DNA of 64,000 nt, taken from the NCBI GenBank assembly GCA_963667845.2, contig CAXXVL010000001.1, positions 960,001 through 1,024,000 of the forward strand. Reading direction: 5' to 3'. A program made the translations under genes and the position numbers. Below, in pieces: positions 20,308 to 32,852 of the stretch. The notes beneath the pieces were generated by a model, which was not told where the DNA came from, made no database searches, and was given only the letters and a program-made list of their open reading frames with translations. Source of the stretch: Smithellaceae bacterium. GTDB taxonomy: Bacteria > Desulfobacterota > Syntrophia > Syntrophales > Smithellaceae. Every line of letters starts with the position of its first letter. Position 1 is the stretch's first letter.

Positions 20308-20676
20308 AAATAGGCATGAAAAACTAAGTGGTATTTTCATGACAAATTTAGAAATAATGCAGTGCCAAAATCTCTATTACCACTTACAAGGACCCCACTA
20401 GTTAAAAAAAATTAAAAATAACGTCTTTCACTTGGAAAATCAGTAAGTATTTTAAAATTATTTGTCTGTATGTGCTTTCCAAACCCTTACGGATTGATAA
20501 AATTCTCATTCAGTGCCCATCTTTTTCATTTCCATATTTCTTTCGCAACAATTATAATTTAGTACCCATTTGGGGCGCAAGAATTGACGAGAAAGGACTG
20601 GATTTCCTATGCAAACAGAGCGTTGCTGTCCATACGAACAGCGATAATGCTGCTCTCAACTGAAAGGAGACCCATC

Positions 20677-20979
20677 ACGGCAAATATCAGGAATAGCAAG
20701 AAAAACGTAAAAAGGAACAAACCTCGAAAGACGCATGCTGAATCCATTGAAAAAAATCGAATTCGAAAGAACAAGACGCGAGAAGAGTCCAAGCAGGCGA
20801 TGCTGATTAAGCTGCTGCAGCGCCCCAGTGGTGCCACAATCGACGAGCTAGCCGAGGCAACTGATTGGCAACGGCATAGTATCCGCGGGACGATGTCCGG
20901 GGTATTGAAAAAGCGGCTAGGACTCTCCATTGCTTCTGAAAAAGAAGAACGCGGACTAGTTTATCGTATCGCTGCCTGA
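20677..20979 (+). CDS. DUF3489-type winged-HTH protein; apparent start codon is ACG
   Basis: SKQAMLIKLLQRPSGATIDELAEATDWQRHSIRGTMSGVLKKRLGL. RBS aaggag (20664-20669) is followed by an in-frame ACG. Confidence 0.8.
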   Translation, partial: TANIRNSKKNVKRNKPRKTHAESIEKNRIRKNKTREESKQAMLIKLLQRPSGATIDELAEATDWQRHSIRGTMSGVLKKRLGLSIASEKEERGLVYRIAA

Positions 20980-20984
20980 GCCTT

Positions 20985-21440
20985 ATGAAGCACTGTTTAT
21001 CTCTTAATACAGGAAATCTTGCCGGTGAATCGGCCAGTCTTCCTGCACTTGACCGCACAGCGCTGATAGAAAAATGGCGTGCTCTCTATGATACAGAACC
21101 ACCGGTTGGCATCTCGAATAAATTCCTAATGCATGCCATCGCTCACCGGATGCAGGAACAGACATTGGGTGGACTTAAGCCCGCCACTCGTCGCTTTCTA
21201 GAAAAAGCTGCAGAGAATAATACATCCAGGCAGCAGATATCTCCCTTAATCAGTATTAAACCAGGTACACGATTATTGCGTGAGTGGCATGGCGTGACAT
21301 ATGAGGTGATCATCATGGAGGATGGCGTACAGTGCAATGGCAAATGTTACCGTTCTCTCTCCGAAGTAGCGAGGGCCATCACGGGTGCACGCTGGTCAGG
21401 TCCTCTGTTCTTCGGGCTGAAGAAACAGGAGGTTGCATGA
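20985..21440 (+). CDS. DUF2924-type protein
   Basis: QEQTLGGL, PGTRLLREWHG, YRSLSEVARAITGARWSGPLFFGL. Confidence 0.88.
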   Translation: MKHCLSLNTGNLAGESASLPALDRTALIEKWRALYDTEPPVGISNKFLMHAIAHRMQEQTLGGLKPATRRFLEKAAENNTSRQQISPLISIKPGTRLLREWHGVTYEVIIMEDGVQCNGKCYRSLSEVARAITGARWSGPLFFGLKKQEVA

Positions 21441-23068
21441 GCACAAAGCCGATACTCCGCTGTGCCATCTATACTCGTAAATCTTCAGAAGAGGGGTTGG
21501 AGCAGGACTTCAATTCTCTTCATGCACAGCGAGAAGCATGTGAGGCATATATTACCAGCCAGAAGCATGAGGGATGGCATCTTGTTAAGACGCACTATGA
21601 TGATGGTGGATTCAGTGGTGGTAATATGGAACGCCCGTCATTGAAACAATTGTTGGTAGATATTGAAGACAGGAAAGTAAATGTAGTGATTGTGTATAAA
21701 GTGGACCGGTTGACTCGATCATTAACTGACTTTGCCAGAATCATCGAGCGTTTCGATAAGCAGGGTGTTTCATTTGTCTCGGTGACACAGCAGTTCAATA
21801 CGACCAGTTCCATGGGAAGACTCACCCTGAATGTGTTGTTGTCCTTTGCACAGTTTGAGAGGGAAGTTACCGGTGAGAGGATCAGGGATAAAATTGCAGC
21901 CTCCAAGAAAAAAGGGATGTGGATGGGAGGATTTGTCCCATTGGGCTATGACCTTAAGGATCGCAAGCTCCTAATCAACGCAAAGGAAGCGAAGACCATT
22001 CAACATATATATAGTCAATACTTGGAACTGGGATGTGTCCGCCTGCTTAAAGAAGATCTCGACAGACGAGGAATTCATTCCAAAACCCGAGGACAGAAGG
22101 GCGGTTGTTCATTTTCACGCGGTACGCTCTATAGAATTCTCTCCAACCCAATCTATATTGGTCAGATATGCCATAAAGGAACCTGCCATACGGGTCAGCA
22201 TGAAGCGATCATAGAACAAGAATTATGGGAACAGGTACAAAAGCTTATGGCGAGCAATTCTGCAGAACATAAATCAAGCTCCTGCAATACGAAGTCCTCT
22301 CCTCTAACCAATAAATTGTTCGATGTCTCAGGTGAACGTCTTGTATCCGTCCATGTCAATAAAAAGGGAAGGCGATACCGCTACTATATCTCGCAAAGCC
22401 TTAGGGCAGACCCCAAAGAGGCTTCATCAAGCAGTTGGCGATTACCGGGCCTGGAAATTGAGCAAACCATCAAGCATGCGGTGTTAGATATTATCTCGGA
22501 TAAGATTGCTGTCACTACTGCATTACAGGAAGCGAGCACTGCGACTCAGCATATTTCCTCTGCACTCCTTTCAGCCAAGAAGATACAATCTGATGCGGCA
22601 GATTTGATCGACAGCTTTGTCCAGCGCGTGGAATTGCAGCCGACCGGAATACGCCTCACGCTATCGCTGGCATCGTTGTTACAAGAGACGGACTCTCATG
22701 ATGTAACTATAGTCCGGGATATACCAATGCAGATGAAACGGCGGGGAGTGGAGATGCGGTTGATAGTTGGTGGTACCGGACAGGCTAAAGTGGATCAAAC
22801 ATTATTAAAGACCATTATTCTCGCCCATAAATGGTTCAATGATCTGGTATCCGGACGAGTGCGCAATATGGCTGAAATCGCATCAAAAGAGGGCATAGAC
22901 AAAAGTTATGTTTCCCGAGTAATAGCTCTTGCCTTTCTTGCCCCGGACATCACAGAGAGCATCGTAGCGGGTCAGCAGCCTGCTGATCTCAGCGCTGAAA
23001 AACTTACGAGACGCATTGATATGCCTCCAGACTGGACGCAACAGCGCCAGCTTCTGGGTTTAATTTAA
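21437..23068 (+). CDS. Large serine recombinase (resolvase + recombinase domains)
   Basis: RCAIYTRKSS, YDDGGFSGG, VYKVDRLTRS, FAQFERE. ATGA-coupled to DUF2924 with RBS aggagg. Confidence 0.93.
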   Translation: MSTKPILRCAIYTRKSSEEGLEQDFNSLHAQREACEAYITSQKHEGWHLVKTHYDDGGFSGGNMERPSLKQLLVDIEDRKVNVVIVYKVDRLTRSLTDFARIIERFDKQGVSFVSVTQQFNTTSSMGRLTLNVLLSFAQFEREVTGERIRDKIAASKKKGMWMGGFVPLGYDLKDRKLLINAKEAKTIQHIYSQYLELGCVRLLKEDLDRRGIHSKTRGQKGGCSFSRGTLYRILSNPIYIGQICHKGTCHTGQHEAIIEQELWEQVQKLMASNSAEHKSSSCNTKSSPLTNKLFDVSGERLVSVHVNKKGRRYRYYISQSLRADPKEASSSSWRLPGLEIEQTIKHAVLDIISDKIAVTTALQEASTATQHISSALLSAKKIQSDAADLIDSFVQRVELQPTGIRLTLSLASLLQETDSHDVTIVRDIPMQMKRRGVEMRLIVGGTGQAKVDQTLLKTIILAHKWFNDLVSGRVRNMAEIASKEGIDKSYVSRVIALAFLAPDITESIVAGQQPADLSAEKLTRRIDMPPDWTQQRQLLGLI

Positions 23069-23324
23069 TCATCTAAGTTACCTGACCTGTTTGGGACAGA
23101 GAAAAGAACGAAAAGGCGTGGACATTAATAATGCGACGGAGATGCGCTGTACCGTCACTTGATATAAAAAAGGTACGAACGTTGTGTTGTGTATCAAGGG
23201 AATATTTGCCATGTGGAGGGGTGAGATAACTAAGTACTGAAAATCATGATAAGTGACTTACACAATGATTAACGAATGCTTTACAGGCTATTTACTTTCG
23301 CACTTAATCAAATAAACTTTGATT

Positions 23325-24044
23325 TCATGTATAATGTGCATCGGTAAGATCAATCCATAAATGAGCCAAATTAATTTCGCTATCGTGCCGATAGACGATT
23401 GAGCAACTTCGAAAAACCTTTCCTTCGCGTTCTAACGACATTAGTCGTTCTTCATCTGACCATTTTGGTTCATGCCCATCATTTTCTGCCAAGACTGAAA
23501 TCCATCCGTTAACTCGGTTATACCAATCCAGAGGCGTACCGTCTTGGATATAACCAATCATTCCTGCTTGATTAAAAGAACTACCATGAATTTTCAATTT
23601 GAAACGTTCTATTCCACCGCATGTGACATGTTTTCCATTTTTTTCATGACCATACACATATTCGCACTGCCGTTTCTTTTCTAGCTGTGTAGTTAATCTT
23701 TTTCCTTCAAAGACAGCAACTTTGGGGGTCCTAATTGCCACGTCGGGGATGTGTAAAAAAATACCTATATCAGTGGCAGGACTATGACCATCCGCTTCAT
23801 TTTCCATGCTTTCATTTTGGGAAAAAAAGGGGAGATCATTTTTTCTACTCAAATTTGTTATAAAACAAGAAAGACTTCTATTTAAGCCATCCTCATTCTT
23901 AATACCATCTCTTATTACGGACAGCGCAAATAAAGGAAGAGATTTGTTAACTAGTTGAAGAATTTTTTTGAACTGCACCTGTGAAGGCGGGCCTTGAAAA
24001 TTCCCCATTCCTTTAAGCATTCGTTTCATGCGATCTTTCATCAT
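23325..24044 (-). CDS. Hypothetical protein with putative PD-(D/E)XK nuclease motif, partner of the MTase
   Basis: SPATDIGIF...VAVFEGKRL; starts 7 bp after the MTase stop. Confidence 0.6.
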   Translation of the reverse strand: MMKDRMKRMLKGMGNFQGPPSQVQFKKILQLVNKSLPLFALSVIRDGIKNEDGLNRSLSCFITNLSRKNDLPFFSQNESMENEADGHSPATDIGIFLHIPDVAIRTPKVAVFEGKRLTTQLEKKRQCEYVYGHEKNGKHVTCGGIERFKLKIHGSSFNQAGMIGYIQDGTPLDWYNRVNGWISVLAENDGHEPKWSDEERLMSLEREGKVFRSCSIVYRHDSEINLAHLWIDLTDAHYT

Positions 24045-24051
24045 ACTAGGT

Positions 24052-27000
24052 TCAGTATCCCTGATCTAATAAATCGACCAGAGTCTCGTCAGCATCACGT
24101 AATGCTATTGAACGTAACCAATAGCGTTTTTGGTTCGGTTTTATTATAAGAATCACATTCTCTTCATATAGCCGAAGAATGCGATTTACAAATAAACGAT
24201 TTCCATGTTTATGAAGCATTAGCTTTTCAAGCAAGAGGCCAGCTTTATTTGTGTCTGAAGGATCTATATCCGGTGCATCTCCGTAACAAAAAGGGAAACA
24301 TATAAATGATCGTAGTTTGATGGGCTTTAAAGGGAAAAACTTTTCATATACAGGATTTAAGATATGGCAAAAAGTCTCTCCAAAATTGAATAAGTCGGAA
24401 TCATCGACTCCATCCAATACGGAGGCTGTTTCTCCTTTATTTCTGAATTCAATTAGATATTTTTCAATATCTTCGATAAGAATATTCTCCCAGAAATTAA
24501 AGTCGACTTTTTCCATATCTTCTGAATACGGTAATGCAAAAATATCTCTTTGCAGCAATGATGTTGCACGATTAACCAGCATCCGACTGCTCACCATAGC
24601 AGCGAGAACTCCATATAACCCTGAATCATTCAATTGATCAGCAAGAGCTTTAAGTTTCTTTGCATCTTTCTTTGGAGCAGAAATGCCAATCATTTGATTA
24701 CTAAAGACTAAATATTTATTAGAAAAGATTGCAGGAATGGATGATTTATCCACAATTTCTCTTATAAGCACATGCGGTGGTGAAAAAATTTCTTTTACGC
24801 TATTTCTGGTTTCTTCAAAGAAAGTCGCTTTACATGACTTTATGTGATTCCAATCAATGCCTTCACGGTTAAGAGCGGATGAAGGAACATCCAATGCACC
24901 AGATATCCATTCAGCAGTTTTAGGTAATCTTTTTAACTCGAATTTTTTCTTTCGAGCGTCAGGAGATAATCTAATTAGTTCTTGAATATTCGAAGCATCA
25001 TTTAGTTTCTTTCCGCAACCGATGATGTAACCTTCACTGAATTGCCATTTTCTCTTTATGCGTTGCTCTTCCAGGTATTCTCCTAGGGTGGGAAAGTCAG
25101 AAAAACGCTTCAAAAGAGTTTGAAGTCTGCCACCTCCTAGAAGATTAGCCTTCCAAACAAATTTATTATCTGATATTAATTTACGATCAACCCAATGAAA
25201 ATCATAAGGGTCTAGCTCAAAAAGCAGTTTTTCTTTAGAGGCACGAGTTCGATGGAAAATTATATGAAGAATTTTATCAGATGAAGGTGGATGGTTATAT
25301 CCCATTATCGCTGCCGCAGCCACTTGAACTTTCGTGAAAAGAATCTCATCCAATGAAGTAAAATCAAATATACATTCCGTGTGGAATTTCCCAAAAAGAT
25401 ATGTTCGAAATGAGATCCCATTTCCATTATATAATAAAGGACCTGCCGGTTGAATTAAACATACTGTTGCGGATTCATGACAAAGTTTAAAAGATTGCTC
25501 ATAGAAGAGAAGAGCAAGTTGCTGATCAGGAAGTTCAGGCCTGTTCATTGATTCACATTTCTCGATATCTTTAGCTGCCGTAGTTGTTAAACTACTTTCG
25601 AAGGGAGGATTGCCAATGATCAAATCATAATGGTCATTAAATTCTCCCGACTTAACAATTTCAAAAAAATCTCTGGCTAGTAGATTCCTTTGACGTAAGT
25701 CATCAAATTTCAATTCATTCCAAATGGACAGAGGTTCCAATTCATCGCATAAAGCGACACAGAGACTGAATGCTGTAATTAAGACGGATTCAGGTTTTTC
25801 ATCGAATCCAAATATATTATTCTTAAGAAGTGATTTAAGATCCTTCAGTGAAGGTAAATTCCAATTATTTACCATGCGCCAACAATAAATTAATCGTTTA
25901 AAAGCTCCAACCAAGAATACTCCTGAACCGCAGGCAGGGTCGAGAATTTTCCACTGGAGGATCTCCGGTTTAATGGGAAGACATTGATCTAATAGAAATT
26001 CTACAAGCATAGGTGGAGTATAAACGACACCTTTATCATCTGTCTTTTTTTGTGAAGGTTTATCATCTTGTTTTTTTGCTAAAAATTCCTCATATATATT
26101 ACTAATTAGTTCAATTGGCAGATCTTCGAATGAATAAAGCGGCCAAAAAATACACTGACCAGAAGGTTCTTGATCTCCGCGCAGAAAATCGGCAATAGGT
26201 CTTAAATCGGCATTGGATAACTCCCTTTTATCATCTTCTGTTAGTTCAAAGATGCCTCCATTAAAATGTTTGCTTAAGTTTTCAAACAGTTTTACACAAC
26301 TTCCGTGTTCTAAGAATAGCGATGCAAAATCATCATATCCGTTTTTTGAAAATTGACTAAAAAAGCCTTTTTTGAATACTCCATTTCCATCGGCATCTTT
26401 GCGGTCACATAAATATTTAACGAGTATGGATATCACTAAAAGTCGATTCGTTACCGACTTGGAGAGCGTCTCTTGTTTTAATATTTCTTTTCGAAAGTCT
26501 TTAAGGTAAATTAAAAGTTGATGATACGCGGTTTTTTCTAATGTAAAATAACTTTTAAATTTCGGATCTTCCCAAAAAGTACCAGTGGTAATATCACGAG
26601 TTATAAACGCTTGCTCTGTTAATATAAGTGATTCGAGTAAAGAAAATGGGCTAAAAAGTGGTTTATTAGTGCTCCGATCAATATCTGGTGCTCGACGGCA
26701 ATTCAGGACTCTAATACTGGTGGCGGTGAAAATAAATGCCAGTGGTACAAGGCCAGCATTCCAAAGTCGGCAATGAATACCTGCGTATTTTGCCTCATCC
26801 AATGTTAATGAAGTATTGCGATATATATAAATTTGCGGCACTGGAGAGCGTTTTTCTTCATCCGCAAATATTCGAAAGAAAACAGCGTCTGCTTGAAAAT
26901 TTTCGGCCTGTTCTAAAGCAATTCGAATTAAAGGAATACTTATATGATTTTTATCCTTTACAAAAAACATGCCCTCCGGTGACTTGCCATTCTGTAAAAG

Positions 27001-27054
27001 TAAATCTAATTTTTTGAGCTGCTTTATAAATATTTTTTCAGCGTCTACCATCAT
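24052..27054 (-). CDS. N6-adenine DNA methyltransferase (type IIG/Eco57I-like architecture with C-terminal TRD region)
   Basis: ISNIYEEFL, GVVYTPP, ILDPACGSGVFLV, IIGNPPF. Confidence 0.9.
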   Translation of the reverse strand: MMVDAEKIFIKQLKKLDLLLQNGKSPEGMFFVKDKNHISIPLIRIALEQAENFQADAVFFRIFADEEKRSPVPQIYIYRNTSLTLDEAKYAGIHCRLWNAGLVPLAFIFTATSIRVLNCRRAPDIDRSTNKPLFSPFSLLESLILTEQAFITRDITTGTFWEDPKFKSYFTLEKTAYHQLLIYLKDFRKEILKQETLSKSVTNRLLVISILVKYLCDRKDADGNGVFKKGFFSQFSKNGYDDFASLFLEHGSCVKLFENLSKHFNGGIFELTEDDKRELSNADLRPIADFLRGDQEPSGQCIFWPLYSFEDLPIELISNIYEEFLAKKQDDKPSQKKTDDKGVVYTPPMLVEFLLDQCLPIKPEILQWKILDPACGSGVFLVGAFKRLIYCWRMVNNWNLPSLKDLKSLLKNNIFGFDEKPESVLITAFSLCVALCDELEPLSIWNELKFDDLRQRNLLARDFFEIVKSGEFNDHYDLIIGNPPFESSLTTTAAKDIEKCESMNRPELPDQQLALLFYEQSFKLCHESATVCLIQPAGPLLYNGNGISFRTYLFGKFHTECIFDFTSLDEILFTKVQVAAAAIMGYNHPPSSDKILHIIFHRTRASKEKLLFELDPYDFHWVDRKLISDNKFVWKANLLGGGRLQTLLKRFSDFPTLGEYLEEQRIKRKWQFSEGYIIGCGKKLNDASNIQELIRLSPDARKKKFELKRLPKTAEWISGALDVPSSALNREGIDWNHIKSCKATFFEETRNSVKEIFSPPHVLIREIVDKSSIPAIFSNKYLVFSNQMIGISAPKKDAKKLKALADQLNDSGLYGVLAAMVSSRMLVNRATSLLQRDIFALPYSEDMEKVDFNFWENILIEDIEKYLIEFRNKGETASVLDGVDDSDLFNFGETFCHILNPVYEKFFPLKPIKLRSFICFPFCYGDAPDIDPSDTNKAGLLLEKLMLHKHGNRLFVNRILRLYEENVILIIKPNQKRYWLRSIALRDADETLVDLLDQGY

Positions 27055-27060
27055 TTTTCC

Positions 27061-27098
27061 AAAAAAAAGCCAGCCGCTTTTCTAACTCGACTGGCTTT
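27061..27098 (-). terminator. Terminator-like hairpin with T8 tail immediately upstream of the MTase ORF
   Basis: Minus strand aaagccagtcg-loop-cggctggc-tttttttt. Confidence 0.55.
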
Positions 27099-27276
27099 GG
27101 GTTGACTTTTTGCCGCATGGATTCCTCTCCTTCAGGGATTAATCTTATCTACTTCCATGCTAATTTTTCTGTTCACGGTGGATAATTTCTGAATTTTACG
27201 CTTATTTCTTATTAAGTTCAATAGAAATATTGATGCGCTATAAAGGCAAAATGCAATTGTATCTCGCCACGATTCT

Positions 27277-27895
27277 GCGGCAGAGCGGAATGAAATTGAA
27301 GTCGTAACCAACAATTATTTTAAATCTGTTGGCCGCCAAAATCTCTAACAGAGAAAATAACCGTATTCTGGTCCAAACTGGCTCGATATCGGTTATCTCC
27401 GGCCAACACTTTTATCTGAACCACGCCAACTGCGCCCCTTCGGGCGCAGTTGCTGCAAAATCTCTCTGCATGCGGTATTCTTGGTGGAGCGGAATGAAAT
27501 TGAAATCGCAACCAACAATCATTTTAAATCTGTTGGCCGCCAAAATCTCTAACAGAGAAAATAACCGTATTGTGGTCCAAATTGGCTCGATGTCCGTTCT
27601 CTCCGGCCAACACTTTCATCTGAACCACGCCAACTGCGCCCCTTCGGGCGCAGTTGCTGCAAAATCTCTCTGTATGCGGTATTCTTGGTGGAGCGGAATG
27701 AAATTGAAATCGCAACCAACAATCATTTTAAATCTGTTGGCCGCCAAAATCTCTAACAGAGAAAATAACCGTATTGTGGTCCAAATTGGCTCGATGTCCG
27801 TTCTCTCCGGCCAACACTTTCATCTGAACCACGCCAACTGCGCCCCTTCGGGCGCAGTTGCTGCAAAATCTCTCTGTATGCGGTATTCTTGGTGG
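27277..27895. repeat. Three tandem 204-bp repeats abutting the tRNA 3' end
   Basis: Units 27481-27684 and 27685-27888 are identical; unit ~27277-27480 has about ten substitutions. Each contains the hairpin caactgcgccc-cttc-gggcgcagttg. Confidence 0.97.
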
Positions 27896-27964
27896 GCCGT
27901 GCGGGGATTGAACCCGCGGCCAACGGATTAAAAGTCCGCTGCTCTACCGCTGAGCTAACGGCCC
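27890..27964 (-). tRNA. tRNA-Lys (anticodon UUU)
   Basis: gggccgttagctcagcggtagagcagcggacTTTTaatccgttggccgcgggttcaatccccgcacggcccaCCA forms a cloverleaf with encoded CCA. Confidence 0.97.
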
Positions 27965-28092
27965 ACTGTTTCTGGTGTTATTTAAGAACAAGGCTCTCTA
28001 GCAGCTAGCAAGAGGCGTGTCAAGAAGAAACTGAATCCGGAATGCACATTCTCCGCGGCGTGCCCCGGAGAGCAAACGAATACGTAATCATT

Positions 28093-30989
<2,897 letters not shown>

Positions 30990-31013
30990 AACGTTTTCCA
31001 AGGTGTTCTTAAG

Positions 31014-32141
31014 TTAAAGGCTCTTGACCTTTTCGTTGAAAACTTTTTCCAGCTCGGCCAGCGCTACTTTGAGATCCGACTCTTCAATGGTGGGACCGCA
31101 CCAAAAACGGTAACCGGCGGGTGCATCCTTATAAGAGTTGATGTCGTGGGCGATGTTTTTCTTGCTCAGATCGGAAGCGATGCTTTTCAGGAACTTGCCT
31201 TTTGCGTCCGCGTCCAGCGCTGCAACTTTGGGATGCGTTACGGACAGACACACGGACGTGTTGGAGCGCACTTTGGCGTCCTGGGCCAGGAATTCGATCC
31301 AGTCGGTCTTGGCAACCCAGTCGGCAACGACTTTCAGGTTGCCTTCGCTTTTCTTAATGAGGCCCTGGAGGCCGATTTTGCCTGCCCAATCCAGTGCGTC
31401 CAGATAATCTTCGACGCAGATCATCGAAGGCGTATTGATGACGTCTCCATCAAAGATCGCCTTGCTGATCTTATCGCCTTTTTTCAGACGGAAGATTTTC
31501 GGCATCGGCCAGGGCGGTGTATAGGATTCCAGGCGGGCGACGGCTTTGGGGCTCAGGACCATCATGCCGTGCGCGGCTTCGCCGCCCAGGCATTTCTGCC
31601 AGGAATAAGTGAGAACGTCAATTTTGCTCCAGTCGACATCCTGGGCAAAAACATAGCTTGTGGCATCGCACAGGGACAAGCCCTCGCGGTCGGCGGGAAT
31701 CCAGTTCCAATCGGGGATCCGCACGCCGCTGGTGGTGCCGTTGGATACGAAAACTACATCGGTCTTCCAATCCACTTTGGAAAGGTCGGGAATTTTGCCG
31801 TAATCGGCCTTGATAATCGTGGGATTAAGTTTAAGCTGCTTATTGACGTCCGTGGCCCATCCTTCCGAGAAACTTTCCCAGACCAAAACGGTGACCGGTT
31901 TGGGACCCAGGAGTGACCACATGGCGCATTCGAAAGCACCGGTATCGGAAGCCGGCAGAATGCCCACGAGGTAATCTGACGGGATATTTAAGACTTTGCG
32001 TGTATCATTAAGCGCTTTGATGATTCTTTCTTTTCCCAACGCGGAACGGTGTGAGCGGCCGACCGGCGCGCTCTTCAGCGCGTCGATACTCCACGCTGGC
32101 CTCTTGCTGCAAGGGCCGGAACTGAAATTAGGGTTGTGCAT
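31014..32141 (-). CDS. serC: Phosphoserine aminotransferase (Methanosarcina/alphaproteobacterial type)
   Basis: PNFSSGPCSKRP, SDTGAFE, SWQKCLGGEAAHG, INTPSM; adjacent to serA. Confidence 0.93.
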   Translation of the reverse strand: MHNPNFSSGPCSKRPAWSIDALKSAPVGRSHRSALGKERIIKALNDTRKVLNIPSDYLVGILPASDTGAFECAMWSLLGPKPVTVLVWESFSEGWATDVNKQLKLNPTIIKADYGKIPDLSKVDWKTDVVFVSNGTTSGVRIPDWNWIPADREGLSLCDATSYVFAQDVDWSKIDVLTYSWQKCLGGEAAHGMMVLSPKAVARLESYTPPWPMPKIFRLKKGDKISKAIFDGDVINTPSMICVEDYLDALDWAGKIGLQGLIKKSEGNLKVVADWVAKTDWIEFLAQDAKVRSNTSVCLSVTHPKVAALDADAKGKFLKSIASDLSKKNIAHDINSYKDAPAGYRFWCGPTIEESDLKVALAELEKVFNEKVKSL

Positions 32142-32298
32142 AGGTGACCATCCTTAAAATAAATTTTCTTTAAAGCTGGGATTTCCATACCAGCATTAAG
32201 CTCTTTTCTCAAGAAATTTAAACCATAGAACGCGTCTCGTGACTAACGGTCGCGGGATGTTCAGTTAGGCATCCGATAAATCAACGCAATATCAAATT

Positions 32299-32312
32299 TT
32301 GACTTAAGTCAA
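32299..32312. promoter_or_regulatory. CRP/FNR-family (HcpR-like) palindromic site
   Basis: Perfect palindrome TTGAC-TTAA-GTCAA about 90 bp upstream of the cupin gene. Confidence 0.55.
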
Positions 32313-32402
32313 TTACAATGTGGCGATTTCAGTTTATGGTAAAATTGAAAAAAAGGGTTATCTTATTGATAATTACTATCCCTTTGGAGGAGGAGAATAA
32401 CC

Positions 32403-32738
32403 ATGACAGAAAACGTAACCGGGATCAGCGATTTTACAAAAGCGTTTCAGCTCAAGGACTTGACCGCTTATCAGGAACATTCCGTCGTCAGTCGGGAGAT
32501 CGTCCGTAAACCGGCCGGTACGGTCACCGTCTTCGCTTTTGATCAGGATGAAGGTTTGAGTGAGCACACTGCCCCCTTTGATGCACTTGTTTATTTATTG
32601 GAAGGCGAGGCTCGGATAACCATCGATCAGAAACCCCACGTCCTGAAAGAGGGCGAAATGATCATCATGCCGGCTCATAAACCGCACGCTCTGAAAGCAT
32701 TGACGCGGTATAAGATGTTGTTAGTGATGATCAAGTAA
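32403..32738 (+). CDS. Cupin domain protein
   Basis: VTVFAFDQDEGLSEHTAPFDA...MPAHKPHAL; RBS ggagga. Confidence 0.92.
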   Translation: MTENVTGISDFTKAFQLKDLTAYQEHSVVSREIVRKPAGTVTVFAFDQDEGLSEHTAPFDALVYLLEGEARITIDQKPHVLKEGEMIIMPAHKPHALKALTRYKMLLVMIK

Positions 32739-32852
32739 AGGACATATTGCTGACACTCGAGATTAAGTACGCTCCATCTACGCGAAAAAATTGCGTAACC
32801 AGAAATAATAGTTATCAATATTAAAAAAGAAAAGAAGAAACTTGGAGAAGGG

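Larger units (their letters stand above)
1..27889. mobile_element. Genomic island or accessory region downstream of tRNA-Lys (left boundary not visible)
   Basis: tRNA adjacency, serine recombinase, IS3, RM genes, pseudogenes and AT-rich stretches, in contrast to intact core genes beyond 28 kb. Confidence 0.7.

Noticed and set aside
1..27276. Second att site (duplicate of the tRNA-Lys 3' end) marking the far island boundary
   Set aside because: No convincing tggtgggccgtgcgggg copy was seen; the boundary probably lies outside the window.
1..27889. DGR reverse transcriptase or template repeat inside the window
   Set aside because: No RT-like ORF in the track, and I saw no second copy of the 3411-3530 sequence by eye; a computational search is still needed.
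27277..27895. CRISPR array, or the 200-aa ORF 27329..27931 and the 63-aa minus-strand ORFs
   Set aside because: Units are 204 bp with no unique spacers and no cas genes are present. The ORFs arise because 204 is a multiple of 3, and the long one runs antisense into the tRNA.
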